A DNA stretch of 64,000 bases, taken from Methanobacteriota archaeon (GTDB taxonomy: Archaea > Thermoplasmatota > Poseidoniia > Poseidoniales > Thalassarchaeaceae). The DNA is taken from NCBI GenBank assembly GCA_028355015.1, contig JAOMRN010000001.1, positions 193,229 to 257,228 of the forward strand, given 5' to 3'. Below, piece by piece: positions 43,918 to 54,202 of this stretch. Position numbers and translations under genes: made by a program. The notes beneath the pieces are model-generated. The model ran no database searches and was not told the origin of the DNA. It saw nothing but the letters and a program-made list of their open reading frames with translations. The stretch's first letter is position 1. Every line of letters begins with the position of its first letter.

Positions 43918-45609
43918 ATGACAGATTATGAGAAATATGCGGCGCAAGTTGCTTTGGTCAAAGAAGAATGTAAAGATGCTGATAATAATGAAATCGCAGA
44001 AGAATTTAGGAGATATGAAGAAGAATTCTTGATAGAACCTAATGATGCAGTAAGATCTGTAATTCTTAAATTTATGAAGGCATCAGGCCAGGAAATCAAA
44101 TCAATATCTAATGCACAAACACGTGTTGAGAAGAAGGCTGATAGATTTTCAGATTTAGGTTCAGAAGACAAGAATGTAACCATTGAAGTTGCAGTTGTGA
44201 CATATGTCCCTCGTGTTCAAATGGTCCGTGGCGAGGAGAAACAAATCGCTTTTGGATGGATCGAGGATAATCCTTGGGAATCCAATGATAAGAGAGTGAG
44301 ATGGGACTTCAAAGATTGGGGTTCGCATTCAGAAAATCTAGCCCCTAACTCAGTTGTCAGACTTGAGGGAGTATCTGTAAACGAATGGAATGAAAAACGT
44401 TCGATTAACATTAATCGTTCGAGTAGAGTTACAGTTCTTAGAGAAGGAGGTCCATCAGTACCTCCTGTGAGCGATGAACCAGTAACAATAGAAAAGGCGT
44501 CTGAGAATGAAGGTTATGTCAATCTTTTAGCCAGAATAATATCGCTTAAACCTGACGTTATCGTAAAAAGAGATGGTAGCGGTAGTTTAGATATATTCAG
44601 AGGAACTTTTGCTGATTCTTCGGGTAAAATAAGCTTTCTTTCATGGGTTCCTATTAATCATGAAATTGGAGATTTAGTCAAAATTGAGGGCGCTATGATT
44701 CGGAAATTTAGAGAAACTCCTGAAGTTAATATCAATGATAGGACTAAAATAGAAAAGTATCATGATAATAATTTCGCTAGTACTGAAGAATTATCTGAAG
44801 TCACAACATCAAAAATTGGAGATTTAAGGAACGGTATGAAAGATGTGATTACTACAGTCCAAGTAGAATCTTGGCAGTCTCGTACATTTACTAATTCAGA
44901 TGGCGAAGAGAAGACAGTTAGGAGCGGAGATATCATGGATCCTACAGGAAGGTGCCGTCTTACTGCTTGGTGCGAAATAGACCCTAAGCCAGGAGATTTT
45001 CTTCACTTAAATGGTGCTCGAGTGCAATTTTGGCAGGGGTCTCCGGATCTTGTTGTAGATAATTCAGATCAGGTATCCAACCTTACAGATGCCCCATGGG
45101 AATCTATTGATCCCGAGCAACATTGGGTAGATATTGAACTTTCTAAATTAGTTACAAGTGGTTCTAGAAGAGGCATTAAAACAAAAGGGACGATTGTCGC
45201 GATTAGGTCAGATTCTGGAATAATACAAAGATGCCCAGAATGTCGTAGGATTCTCCGAGAAAGTGCTTGTTTAGATCATGGGCCACAGCAGGGGGTAGAA
45301 GATTTAAGATTGAAATTTGTAGTGGACAATGGAATCCATAATGCCTCGTTAATATTAGGCAAGGAGCCTTCTGAGAAATTATTAGGAAATACTCAAGAGG
45401 CAGTTAAAGAAATTATATCTAAAACTAGTCAAGGAGATTTTCTTACAGAAGTAAGGAATAATTATTTAGCTAGAAAGGTTACAATCCATGGCCGCTCATT
45501 AGTAGATGCACAAGGTGCTATGATATTAGCCGAAGGAGTTACTTTTGACGATACATCAAATGAAACCGCAGCCAATTTAGTTATGGAAGAATGGGGGGTG
45601 CTTCTATGA
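43918..45609 (+). CDS. rpa: Replication protein A (multi-OB-fold ssDNA-binding protein with zinc ribbon)
   Basis: Repeated OB-like segments (..VRLEGVSVNEWN.., ..VKIEGAMIRKF.., ..LHLNGARVQFWQG..) and CPECRR..x9..CLDH. Confidence 0.75.
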   Translation: MTDYEKYAAQVALVKEECKDADNNEIAEEFRRYEEEFLIEPNDAVRSVILKFMKASGQEIKSISNAQTRVEKKADRFSDLGSEDKNVTIEVAVVTYVPRVQMVRGEEKQIAFGWIEDNPWESNDKRVRWDFKDWGSHSENLAPNSVVRLEGVSVNEWNEKRSININRSSRVTVLREGGPSVPPVSDEPVTIEKASENEGYVNLLARIISLKPDVIVKRDGSGSLDIFRGTFADSSGKISFLSWVPINHEIGDLVKIEGAMIRKFRETPEVNINDRTKIEKYHDNNFASTEELSEVTTSKIGDLRNGMKDVITTVQVESWQSRTFTNSDGEEKTVRSGDIMDPTGRCRLTAWCEIDPKPGDFLHLNGARVQFWQGSPDLVVDNSDQVSNLTDAPWESIDPEQHWVDIELSKLVTSGSRRGIKTKGTIVAIRSDSGIIQRCPECRRILRESACLDHGPQQGVEDLRLKFVVDNGIHNASLILGKEPSEKLLGNTQEAVKEIISKTSQGDFLTEVRNNYLARKVTIHGRSLVDAQGAMILAEGVTFDDTSNETAANLVMEEWGVLL

Positions 45610-46568
45610 TTAACCAAATTAGAGTAGGTAGGCAGAGTGCAATAAGAATATTTGCTCAAGAATATTCTGATTCAAACCTTCCTTTAGAAGGAGTAGGCGA
45701 ATATGCTCCTTCATTCATAATTACTAAATTAGGCGCTAAAGTTAATCGCGCACTTTTCGGAGGTGTAATTGATAGATTTGAAAGAAGAGACGGCGACAAT
45801 GGACCTTCTTATTCCGGTCAATTGAGAGATGCTACTGGCGGTATTCACCGTTTCCAAATAGCTCCCTTCCAACCTGAATTGCATGCTGATGCCGAAGAAC
45901 TACTTGCTCGTTTTGAGTCAGGTGACCGATTTCTTATGATGATGGTAGGTCGTGCTCGGTGGTTTGAAAGTGACGATGGAGGAATTTTCACCTCTTTCCG
46001 TGCCGAAGAATTTTGTATAGTTGAGAGAGAAGTTTATGTCAATTGGTTAGTTGAAACTTCTGAGGCAACGTTGAGGAGATTATCTGCATACTCAGCATCA
46101 TTAGGTTCGGATAATAATCCTGAAGCCTTAGAAACTGCAGGCGTTCCTTCCGACTTAATTGAAGGAATGATTCTAGCCAAAGATCACTATGGTGCTTTTG
46201 ATCCAGAAAGTTACAGAGTAGGCGTATTACAGGGTCTTTCAATGGCTCTGAATTCTAATGTCGAAATTGAAACTATGATGGCATCCTCTGAGAGTTCCCA
46301 ATCTGATGGTGATTTAGGTCCCTCCTCATCTCGTGCCTCTGAGCCAGAAAAACCTAACTCGGAGCCTCAAGGTGACGTTGAAGATTTAATCCTAAATGTA
46401 GTTAGAAATTCATCTGATGTTAATGGTATTCCATATGACTCGATTGTCCTTGCTTGTACAGAAGCAGGATTTTCGAGAGAATCCTCTGAGGATGCCATTG
46501 AAGACTTAAGGGACATAAAGTGTAAAATCATTGAGCCTAGGTTTGGATTTTTCCAAATCCTCGACTAA
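45606..46568 (+). CDS. RPA-associated OB-fold protein (COG3390-like, Rpap type)
   Basis: RIFAQEYSDS..EYAPSFIITKLGAKVNRALFGGVI..QLRDATGGIHRFQIAPFQPE. The ATG at 45606 overlaps the rpa stop (ATGA). Confidence 0.65.
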   Translation: MINQIRVGRQSAIRIFAQEYSDSNLPLEGVGEYAPSFIITKLGAKVNRALFGGVIDRFERRDGDNGPSYSGQLRDATGGIHRFQIAPFQPELHADAEELLARFESGDRFLMMMVGRARWFESDDGGIFTSFRAEEFCIVEREVYVNWLVETSEATLRRLSAYSASLGSDNNPEALETAGVPSDLIEGMILAKDHYGAFDPESYRVGVLQGLSMALNSNVEIETMMASSESSQSDGDLGPSSSRASEPEKPNSEPQGDVEDLILNVVRNSSDVNGIPYDSIVLACTEAGFSRESSEDAIEDLRDIKCKIIEPRFGFFQILD

Positions 46569-47530
46569 CTTTTTTTTCTTTCAGCGAGTAAATTATCTAT
46601 TTTTGATAACTTATTTCTTACTCTGTCTATTGTCCCCGAATCACTTAGGTCAATTTCTGTTGATGATTTCATTTTCGCACCTTTAATTTCTGCAATATTA
46701 GTTGCTACCAATACTAATTTCTCTCTTACTTTATCATTAGACAGTGGCCATCCTCTCCTTGTTGCGAGTCTGAGGAGTAAATCGCTCTCCTTTTCTCCCC
46801 AAAACCCTTCATGACTTCTAATGATGGTACTTATCATTCGGTCCAAATCTTCAATTCTTGCTTGTATGGTTAAGATATCTCCTTGAGTTGTAAAGTCTGA
46901 ATTCTCAAAGCCCATTAATAGTGAATCATGTGCATCTTCCAGTGCAGCACTAGATGCAATATTTATTTCAACATCTTGTCTTAGATTTAAATTCGGAATT
47001 TCCACTGATATTATTTGTTCATTTAATTCCGAAATATCATTTAGATTATTAGTGACATTTGGAATACCATTTCTCCTTAGACTTCTTTTTATTCTTCCCC
47101 ATGCGTTAAATTGGCTTGTTAATACTCCTGCAACCCTTCCCATCAATATGGTTCTATTTCCTGTTAATGGTAGTTCCAGATGTTGGCACATGACATGTAA
47201 TTTATCTCTATCTAGTTCAGCCAATCTTTCAATTGTCATTCTTCTTGAATCGAAATTCAGATGTAACCATAATCTCTGTCTTCTCTCTTTATGTGAGCCC
47301 GATGATTTGATTCCAAATATTTTCAGAACTTCACCGATTTGTTTATGTGGCATAGACTGAATTCCGTCCCAAGATAAATCCGTATCAGTAAGAATTTGAT
47401 ATTGAATCAATCTCGCTCTAAGTACCTCTACTGAGCCAGATTTACTAAGTTTAATTTCTTCAGCTTTTTGTCTCAATGACATCAGACGTGATCGGTATAG
47501 GTCATCCAGTAGTACTTGGTCAACCTGCAA
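46565..47530 (-). CDS. Hypothetical protein with three SAP/HeH-like motifs
   Basis: LRQKAEEIKLSKSGSVEVLRARLIQ, IGEVLKIFGIKSSGSHKERRQRLWLHL, LHVMCQHLELPLTGNRTILMGRVAGVL. Confidence 0.55.
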   Translation of the reverse strand: MQVDQVLLDDLYRSRLMSLRQKAEEIKLSKSGSVEVLRARLIQYQILTDTDLSWDGIQSMPHKQIGEVLKIFGIKSSGSHKERRQRLWLHLNFDSRRMTIERLAELDRDKLHVMCQHLELPLTGNRTILMGRVAGVLTSQFNAWGRIKRSLRRNGIPNVTNNLNDISELNEQIISVEIPNLNLRQDVEINIASSAALEDAHDSLLMGFENSDFTTQGDILTIQARIEDLDRMISTIIRSHEGFWGEKESDLLLRLATRRGWPLSNDKVREKLVLVATNIAEIKGAKMKSSTEIDLSDSGTIDRVRNKLSKIDNLLAERKKS

Positions 47531-47634
47531 AATCTATCCCCCTCTGTATGGTCGAGAATTATTCTGCATGATATTAATTGCGTACGAATTAATGATTCAG
47601 TATGTATTTTGGTAGTTAAATCTGAAAGCCGTAA

Positions 47635-48708
47635 TTAATTGTTAAAAAAATCAATTCCTGTGATTTTTGAACTCTCAATCACTCTTCTCCAGTCTTTTTC
47701 AGTTGCAATCATTGCTATTTCATAACCTGAATATGGAATTACTCTATCTACCGCAATTGTTCTTTTCCCATCATTTGAAATCGTTTCAATTCTAAATTCA
47801 ACTAGTACTTCATTTGTGTTTGCTTCGCCTTCTAAATCATGAAAGGCCTGTTCCATAGTCAAGTCTTTATGTTCTTCTGCCTGTTTCATCAGAGTGCTCA
47901 TTTTACGATGTCTAGTAAGAATGCCTATGCCATTTAATTGATTCTCGTCCATTTCTCCGATGAAATGATTCTGGATTTTCCAAACAGTCTCTCCTTCAAT
48001 TTCTGAAAATAATTTAGCATTTTTATTAGGATAATTTTTTCTACCCACTAGCACAACTAAATCTGAATATGCGGTTGGTAAAAAGTGATTATCTCCTCTA
48101 TTTTGAGGGTCAGGAAGTAGGGTATGTCTTCTTTCACTGATGTTTAATGTAGAATAAATGACTCTTGGAATTATATAGCCATCTATTTCGTTATTTTGAC
48201 GTAGCTTTTCCATCCATGAATACCTTTCTAATTCATTTCCTAATGACTCATCCCTCTTTTCAATTTCTATAAATGCGGTTGGTGATAAAACTCTCATTCC
48301 TCTACGTGATCTTCTTAGCTGCCTCCTAATCAGCTTTGATTCACACAAGATTATAGCAGATTTTGGCTGATATTGGATTTTATTTTCCGAAACTAATACC
48401 ATATTCGGTGTTCTAGGAGTTCTTGCTCCATGTACTTGGCAATCTGCCTCATACATTTCCATTTGTTTGCCATGTAGGAGTCTCGCTGGCATCGCGAGTA
48501 AGTCTAAGTCACCATTCTGAAGATTTTCTAATGCTTGGATAAAAGATTCTTGCTTTTTAGTTTCTATCTGAGCATCAGGTGCCTCACTAGATTCAAAAAA
48601 CTTCTCCATATATTGGTTAACGGGGCATGATGATATAGATAGGGTTCCAAATTGTATTCTTTCCATAATCGCGTCCACCTCATGGGAGGGAGCACGTACC
48701 GTACTCAA
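47635..48708 (-). CDS. Hypothetical protein; weak co-linear resemblance to porphobilinogen deaminase (HemC) fold with catalytic motifs not conserved
   Basis: RIQFGTLSIS.., ALENLQNGDLDLLAMPARLL (compare AL..G.iDiAVHSxKDxP), ILCESKLIRRQLRR (compare GTSSLRRxxQL). Tentative. Confidence 0.5.
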   Translation of the reverse strand: MSTVRAPSHEVDAIMERIQFGTLSISSCPVNQYMEKFFESSEAPDAQIETKKQESFIQALENLQNGDLDLLAMPARLLHGKQMEMYEADCQVHGARTPRTPNMVLVSENKIQYQPKSAIILCESKLIRRQLRRSRRGMRVLSPTAFIEIEKRDESLGNELERYSWMEKLRQNNEIDGYIIPRVIYSTLNISERRHTLLPDPQNRGDNHFLPTAYSDLVVLVGRKNYPNKNAKLFSEIEGETVWKIQNHFIGEMDENQLNGIGILTRHRKMSTLMKQAEEHKDLTMEQAFHDLEGEANTNEVLVEFRIETISNDGKRTIAVDRVIPYSGYEIAMIATEKDWRRVIESSKITGIDFFNN

Positions 48709-48767
48709 ACCAACCGGCTAGACACTTATTGATATAGGCGACCCCTTCTAACGCATATTGAATTACC

Positions 48768-49748
48768 ATGGTCTCTCTCCGTTCGGCTCAGCAACAACTT
48801 CGAAAAAGGAGAAATATTGTTGAAGAAGCCTTGGAAGATTTTGTGCAAGAAAAGATGGCCAGTACTCAGGCACCTGCTATGACTTTAGCTCGTGAGGTAT
48901 TACTCGCAGGAGGGAAGAGATACCGTCCTGTTCTTACGATGTTAGCCTTTGAATCAGCAGGTGGTGAAGAGATATCGGAAGTCATGGACCTAGCTCTTGC
49001 CGCGGAACTAATTCATACTGCAACTTTAGTGCATGATGATATCTATGACTTTTCAAAGACTAGGAGAGGTAAACCTACTCTACATGCATCTCATGGTCTA
49101 GCACATGGAATTATTGGAGGGGATTATTTATTTGTACTTGGATTCGGTTTAGGTGGAAAATATGAGGCTAAAATTGTTGAGAAAATGGCAGATACCTGTG
49201 CTAACATAGCATCTGGTGAGTTGTTACAGCATGAACACATTGGAAACCTAGCAACAACACCTGAAGATTATTATTCAATTATCGATGGAAAAACAGCTGG
49301 GCCTTTTGCTACTGCATGTGCTTGTGCTGCAATTGTTGCTGGTGCTTCGGATGAGGTAGTAAATTCTCTTGAAGAATTTGGTTGGGAAGTAGGCAGAGCA
49401 TTCCAACTCGTAGATGACTTACTAGATTTGATAGGTGATGAAAACATGGGTAAACCCAAGGGTGGCGATGTACACGAAGGTAAAATGACGCTTCCAATCA
49501 TTCATGCATTAACTATGCTACATGGGGTCGAACGTGAACAATTAGCTGACGTATTACAAAATTTCTCAGATGATCGTTGGAATGAGTTAGTATCGCTACT
49601 TTCAACCGCAGGTTCTTTCGAATATTCTGAACAATTAATCGAAAATCATGTTAACAGAGCTCTACTTCAATTGAAATCCTTGCCTCAAAGTATTGCTAGA
49701 AATTTGATGGAAGAAGTTGCTAAAAGGTCTCGTTCAAGAAAAAAATAA
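48768..49748 (+). CDS. Polyprenyl (geranylgeranyl) diphosphate synthase
   Basis: LIHTATLVHDDIYD (FARM) and FQLVDDLLD (SARM). Confidence 0.9.
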   Translation: MVSLRSAQQQLRKRRNIVEEALEDFVQEKMASTQAPAMTLAREVLLAGGKRYRPVLTMLAFESAGGEEISEVMDLALAAELIHTATLVHDDIYDFSKTRRGKPTLHASHGLAHGIIGGDYLFVLGFGLGGKYEAKIVEKMADTCANIASGELLQHEHIGNLATTPEDYYSIIDGKTAGPFATACACAAIVAGASDEVVNSLEEFGWEVGRAFQLVDDLLDLIGDENMGKPKGGDVHEGKMTLPIIHALTMLHGVEREQLADVLQNFSDDRWNELVSLLSTAGSFEYSEQLIENHVNRALLQLKSLPQSIARNLMEEVAKRSRSRKK

Positions 49749-49776
49749 AATTTAATCAGTACTCTTAGGTGAATAT

Positions 49777-50877
49777 ATGAGTTTCAAAAAAGATTGGGAA
49801 GTTATTGTCATTGGAGGTGGTCCTGCTGGTTCAACGACTGCAAGATATATCGCAGAAGGAGGTTGTGAGGTTCTAGTTATTGATGGGAGAGATCCTATCG
49901 GGACGCCCCTCCAATGTGGCGAATTAGTACCAACTAATGATGAAATGCGCCGTCTTTGCCCCGATGTTCCAGACATTGATGATTTGTTACAAACACCTTC
50001 AACTGCAATATCTAGAAAAACCTCTGAAATGCATTTAGTCCCTCCATCTGGAAAACCTCTTCGTTACTCATTTGAAGGATTTATGTTAAATCGAGTAGTT
50101 CATGATGAAGCTCTTGTTGATTTGGCTAAATCAAACGGTGTAGAATATTTGGTTAATTCAAGAGTTGACTCTGTAGATGGTAATGTGGTTAAATTAAGAG
50201 ATGGTAGGGAATTTTCTGCAAAAGTAATAGTTGGCGCAGGAGGGCATAATGATCCCTTGAGGAGAAATTTTTGGGATGAATCCAGTCTTAAAATACCAGT
50301 CAAATTTGTTTTGATGGATGGTAATTTTGGTGATGCAGTAGAACTGCATTTTGGTTCAATGGCTCCCGGAGGTTATGCTTGGATGTTCCCTAAAGAAAAT
50401 GGTGCCAATATTGGCGTAGGAATCCAAAATAAGTTTTCAAAAGGTCAAAATCTGAATGATCTGACTGAAGATTTCGTCAATCGTTATGATGGTAATATTA
50501 CCTTCACTGGAGCTGGTTCATTGCCTATGTCGGGGACTATTACAACCTTTGTCAAAGGCAACTATGTCCTAGTAGGTGACTCTGCAGGTATGGTCCTGCC
50601 ATCAAATGGGGCAGGAATCACCATCGCTATGATAGGTGGAAGGATTGCAGGGCAGGTGATTTCTGAACATCTCAAATCCGGTGTACCTTTATCTGAATTT
50701 GAAATTCGCTGGAAAAAGCAGATGGGTAAGGTAATGCGTAATTCCAAAAGAGCATTTATTTTTGGTAGTTATATCCTAAGATTACCTGATTGGATAATCA
50801 ATTTAATTTTCAATCGTTTCACCAAACCTTTTGTTTGGAGATCAATAACTTGTAGGAATATGTTTTTCATTTTCTGA
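49777..50877 (+). CDS. Geranylgeranyl reductase family flavoprotein (archaeal lipid saturase type)
   Basis: VIVIGGGPAGSTTARYIAEGG, LVGDSAGMVLPSNGAGI. Confidence 0.85.
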   Translation: MSFKKDWEVIVIGGGPAGSTTARYIAEGGCEVLVIDGRDPIGTPLQCGELVPTNDEMRRLCPDVPDIDDLLQTPSTAISRKTSEMHLVPPSGKPLRYSFEGFMLNRVVHDEALVDLAKSNGVEYLVNSRVDSVDGNVVKLRDGREFSAKVIVGAGGHNDPLRRNFWDESSLKIPVKFVLMDGNFGDAVELHFGSMAPGGYAWMFPKENGANIGVGIQNKFSKGQNLNDLTEDFVNRYDGNITFTGAGSLPMSGTITTFVKGNYVLVGDSAGMVLPSNGAGITIAMIGGRIAGQVISEHLKSGVPLSEFEIRWKKQMGKVMRNSKRAFIFGSYILRLPDWIINLIFNRFTKPFVWRSITCRNMFFIF

Positions 50878-50886
50878 GTTTTGATG

Positions 50887-51600
50887 TTATTCTGGTTTTT
50901 CTGCTTGCCATATAGTTGCCATGCCTGGGAATATGACTTTGGCTCGTGAATTAACAAAACCTACTTCTTCTAACATCCGAGTGTAATCTTTGGTTGTTCC
51001 AAAGTGGACATATGTTTTAGTCAGCCACTTCCAGGGGTGATCATCTTGCTTACATACTATTTTTGCATAGCTTCCTACCCAAGTTCTCATCCATAACCAG
51101 CCAAATAGTCCATGAATTTTATTGATTTTTGCAGGGTCTACAATTACTACTGGCGAACCTGGTTTCAGGACACGATATACTTGCGTTAATCCCTCTCTCT
51201 TGTCATACCAATCTCTGAATGAAAATAACGAACAAACTGCGTCAAAAGAATTATCATCAAATGGTAATTTTTCTGCCTTACCTTCTACGAATGTTGCTTC
51301 CGAAAAGCCACTCATTTTTCTTGATTTGTTAACTCTCGGTTCTGCAACACGTAGCATTTCAGGAATAGGGTCGAGACATACTAACTCCTTTCCTTCAAAT
51401 TCTTCAGCAAAACTACCTGGTCCGCAACCTACTTCCAATACTCGACCATCTTGAGGTAATCTATTCCTCACCATTCGTCTCCATTTCGAAACCTGCCCTA
51501 GAGTTGCAAAGCGATTTATTTTATCGTAAACTGGTATCGTAGCTTCAAGATTTCTTTGGAGCTCATCCCAGTCTTTCTCGCCGATAGTCTCGGTGTCCAT
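50887..51600 (-). CDS. UbiE/MenG-family SAM-dependent methyltransferase
   Basis: IPVYDKINRFATLGQVSKWRR and VLEVGCGPGSFA. The track ORF extends to 51684, but I prefer the ATG at 51600 (MDTETIG...). Confidence 0.75.
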   Translation of the reverse strand: MDTETIGEKDWDELQRNLEATIPVYDKINRFATLGQVSKWRRMVRNRLPQDGRVLEVGCGPGSFAEEFEGKELVCLDPIPEMLRVAEPRVNKSRKMSGFSEATFVEGKAEKLPFDDNSFDAVCSLFSFRDWYDKREGLTQVYRVLKPGSPVVIVDPAKINKIHGLFGWLWMRTWVGSYAKIVCKQDDHPWKWLTKTYVHFGTTKDYTRMLEEVGFVNSRAKVIFPGMATIWQAEKPE

Positions 51601-51737
51601 ATTATGCCGCGGAAGACTCAGGTATTTGGTACGTACTGATATTAATGTCAAAGTGATTACTATGATGCAGTTTAGGTTGCTCATCGGTTATTATCATATA
51701 CTAATTTTAGGTCGACAATGATATATAGGTGCTGAAT

Positions 51738-52052
51738 ATGACTAGGGAAGATGTTCTACGTTCAATTAAAAATGCAGAAATAGCGGCCACTGAGACGCTG
51801 TCAGATGCTAAAAAAGAAGCGGCATCTATAATTTCTCAAGCAAGACAAAATGCATCAGAAATTTTGACATCTGGTCGTTCAGACTCCGAGTCTAACGCCC
51901 AAGGTTTGATTTCAAAAGCACGCGAAAGTGCTGGTTCTGAAGCAGAAGTTGTTTCAAATGACGGAAAAGTTGCACAGAAAAGCATTCATGATTCGGGGAT
52001 TAAAAATCGTCAAAAGGCAGAAAAAATTGTAATTGACGCTTTTAGAAATTAA
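51738..52052 (+). CDS. atpH: A-type ATP synthase subunit H
   Basis: Small Ala/Glu/Lys-rich helical protein at the first position of the operon. ATG at 51738 (the track uses GTG at 51729). Confidence 0.75.
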   Translation: MTREDVLRSIKNAEIAATETLSDAKKEAASIISQARQNASEILTSGRSDSESNAQGLISKARESAGSEAEVVSNDGKVAQKSIHDSGIKNRQKAEKIVIDAFRN

Positions 52053-52077
52053 TTTTAATTATTTGGAGGTTACAATC

Positions 52078-54153
52078 ATGTCTCAGGTTAAAACGCAGCA
52101 AATGGGTCGTTTACTCGCTGCTGGTAGCAAAGATCTGATTGATGAAGTAGTTGATGCGTTGGCAGAATTAAACGCCTTACACATCATAGAATACGATGGT
52201 ACAGATGAAGGTTTCAATCTAGGTACTCCGAAAGAAGAGGCTGAAGAAGTAGGTAAACGTCTGTCTAAATTACGTTCTGCTGCATCTCTTGTTGATGTTT
52301 CTGGTCCGAATAAACCAGTGTCAGCAAAGAAGGTCCGTTCAGAACTCGAAAATAATCTCTCTAAGGCAGTAGAATATCTTTTGGAAAAAAGTACTCGTCT
52401 TGATTCAGTAGAGAATAGTCTGTCTTCTCTAGAGGAAGAAGCGGCTGTCTTGGAATTAATTTCATCAATTGATTTAGACGTAGAGTTATTATCTGGTTAT
52501 TCGGAATTATCTTCATTCGTAGGTATTGTGAATGATTTAGAAATGGCTAAAGAAATCACATCTAATAGCCTTTTCTTTAGCGGCGTATCTAAAAAAACTA
52601 AGGTGATTGCTGTTTTTGTTAAAAATAGTGATTCTAACGATACACAATCTCAATTGAATGCATCCGGATTCCAGGCAATTAACCTTCCAGAGAATGTCAG
52701 TGGCAGTTCGCATATTTTACTCTCAGGAGTACGTGAGTCAATCAGCGCACTATCTAAAGAGAAGTCATCAATAACTGAAGAGATAGATAATTGGACAAAC
52801 GAATTCGGAGAATCTCTAGTTTGTGGCTTAGAATTATTAGAGAGAGAACATGACATTCTGACTGCACCTGTTAAGATCGCAGTATCGGAGCATGCTTTCT
52901 TCATCGATGGTTGGATAGAAATGTCTCGCTCCGAGGAAGTTAAATCTGCTCTGTCAAAATCTTGCCTATACACTGAGGTTTCTCCCTTTGTGCTGAAGGC
53001 AGGCGGCGGTGGCCATGGTCATTCAGATCATGCTCATCATCAAGAGATGCCTCCTATCTCCTATCAAAATAGAAAAGTCAGTAAGCCAATGGAATTACTT
53101 ACTGATGCAGTAGGGAGACCAGCGTACGGAAGGATAGATCCTACTTTGTTTATGTTTGTTACTTATCCAATTTTCTTCGGAATGATGCTTGGAGATATGG
53201 CTTATGGTTTAGTCACAATGTCTCTAGGTGCACTAGTAATGAGTCGCGCGGGTTCAAATGAAATGATGAATTTAGGTGGTAAATTCCTAGTCTACATAGG
53301 ATTAGGGACTCTCGGATTTGGTTACATCTATGCAGAGTTTGCTGGTTGGGAGATTCTTCCTCATCACGGCCACAATCCTGCCGAAAATCTAGCCTTCCTG
53401 TATCCATTTGAGCTAGACCATGGGCATGCATGGGCGGCCCACCTACCATTTGGCATCGAACTGGCTTTCCCATTCCATAGGGTTACTCCAACATCTGATT
53501 ATGGCAACTTGGAACACCTAATTGTCTTGACGATTTACCTTGGATTCCTTCATATCATATTTGGCAGAATTATCGGATTTAGGGATGTTTTATTTTACGG
53601 TACTGATCATGGTCACGTTGGACTTTTAGCAGCATTTTTTGAACATGGAGTGTGGATTTTATTACTAATTGGAGGTTTCATGTTTTCATATGGTTATCTT
53701 GGCCCTGATGAGGCCGAATATATGATGCAACCTGGTGCTATTGTGGCTTTAAGTGCAGTTATTTTGCTGATGTGGACATTGTACAACTATCATGGCATAC
53801 CTCTAGCAATAAGTTTGTTATTAGCTCCCATTGAGGCTATTGGAATGATGCCTTCAGTTATATCCTATGTGCGTCTTTTTGCGGTAGGAATTGTAGGAGT
53901 GAAAATCGCTGAGACCGGTAACATGTTGTGGGACCCAATGAAAGATGCCGTCTCAGATGATCCTTTATTTGTGCCCGTTTTCTTTGTAGGTTGGTTAGCA
54001 GTTCAATTCTTCGCATGGGGTCTTGGGGTATTCAGCCCTAATATTCATGCGGCCAGACTTCATTTCGTAGAATGGATGAGGCAATATTATGATTCTAGCG
54101 GAGAGGCATTCGTGCCTTTCGGTTTCCGCTCGCACCACGTGGAGGTCGAGTGA
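52078..54153 (+). CDS. atpI: A-type ATP synthase subunit I (stator a-subunit homologue)
   Basis: Soluble N-terminal half plus a C-terminal membrane half with SYVRLFAVG (the essential Arg helix). GGAGGT lies 7 nt upstream of the ATG at 52078. Confidence 0.88.
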   Translation: MSQVKTQQMGRLLAAGSKDLIDEVVDALAELNALHIIEYDGTDEGFNLGTPKEEAEEVGKRLSKLRSAASLVDVSGPNKPVSAKKVRSELENNLSKAVEYLLEKSTRLDSVENSLSSLEEEAAVLELISSIDLDVELLSGYSELSSFVGIVNDLEMAKEITSNSLFFSGVSKKTKVIAVFVKNSDSNDTQSQLNASGFQAINLPENVSGSSHILLSGVRESISALSKEKSSITEEIDNWTNEFGESLVCGLELLEREHDILTAPVKIAVSEHAFFIDGWIEMSRSEEVKSALSKSCLYTEVSPFVLKAGGGGHGHSDHAHHQEMPPISYQNRKVSKPMELLTDAVGRPAYGRIDPTLFMFVTYPIFFGMMLGDMAYGLVTMSLGALVMSRAGSNEMMNLGGKFLVYIGLGTLGFGYIYAEFAGWEILPHHGHNPAENLAFLYPFELDHGHAWAAHLPFGIELAFPFHRVTPTSDYGNLEHLIVLTIYLGFLHIIFGRIIGFRDVLFYGTDHGHVGLLAAFFEHGVWILLLIGGFMFSYGYLGPDEAEYMMQPGAIVALSAVILLMWTLYNYHGIPLAISLLLAPIEAIGMMPSVISYVRLFAVGIVGVKIAETGNMLWDPMKDAVSDDPLFVPVFFVGWLAVQFFAWGLGVFSPNIHAARLHFVEWMRQYYDSSGEAFVPFGFRSHHVEVE

Positions 54154-54202
54154 TATCACATTCCAAGCTATTATGCTTAGAAAAAAAATGGAGGAAAAAA
54201 AT

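Noticed and set aside
47573-47593. Palindrome ATTAATT-GCGTACG-AATTAAT upstream of the SAP-motif gene
   Set aside because: Seven-bp AT-only arms are easily produced by chance in AT-rich intergenic DNA, the centre is not symmetric with the arms, and no second copy was seen.
52033-52077. Upstream extensions of atpI (52033), atpK (54089), atpA (56486), the methyltransferase (51684) and panE (62737) as given in the ORF track
   Set aside because: Each extension overlaps the preceding gene or lacks an SD. Internal ATG codons preceded by GGAGG-type sequences give N-termini matching the known families.
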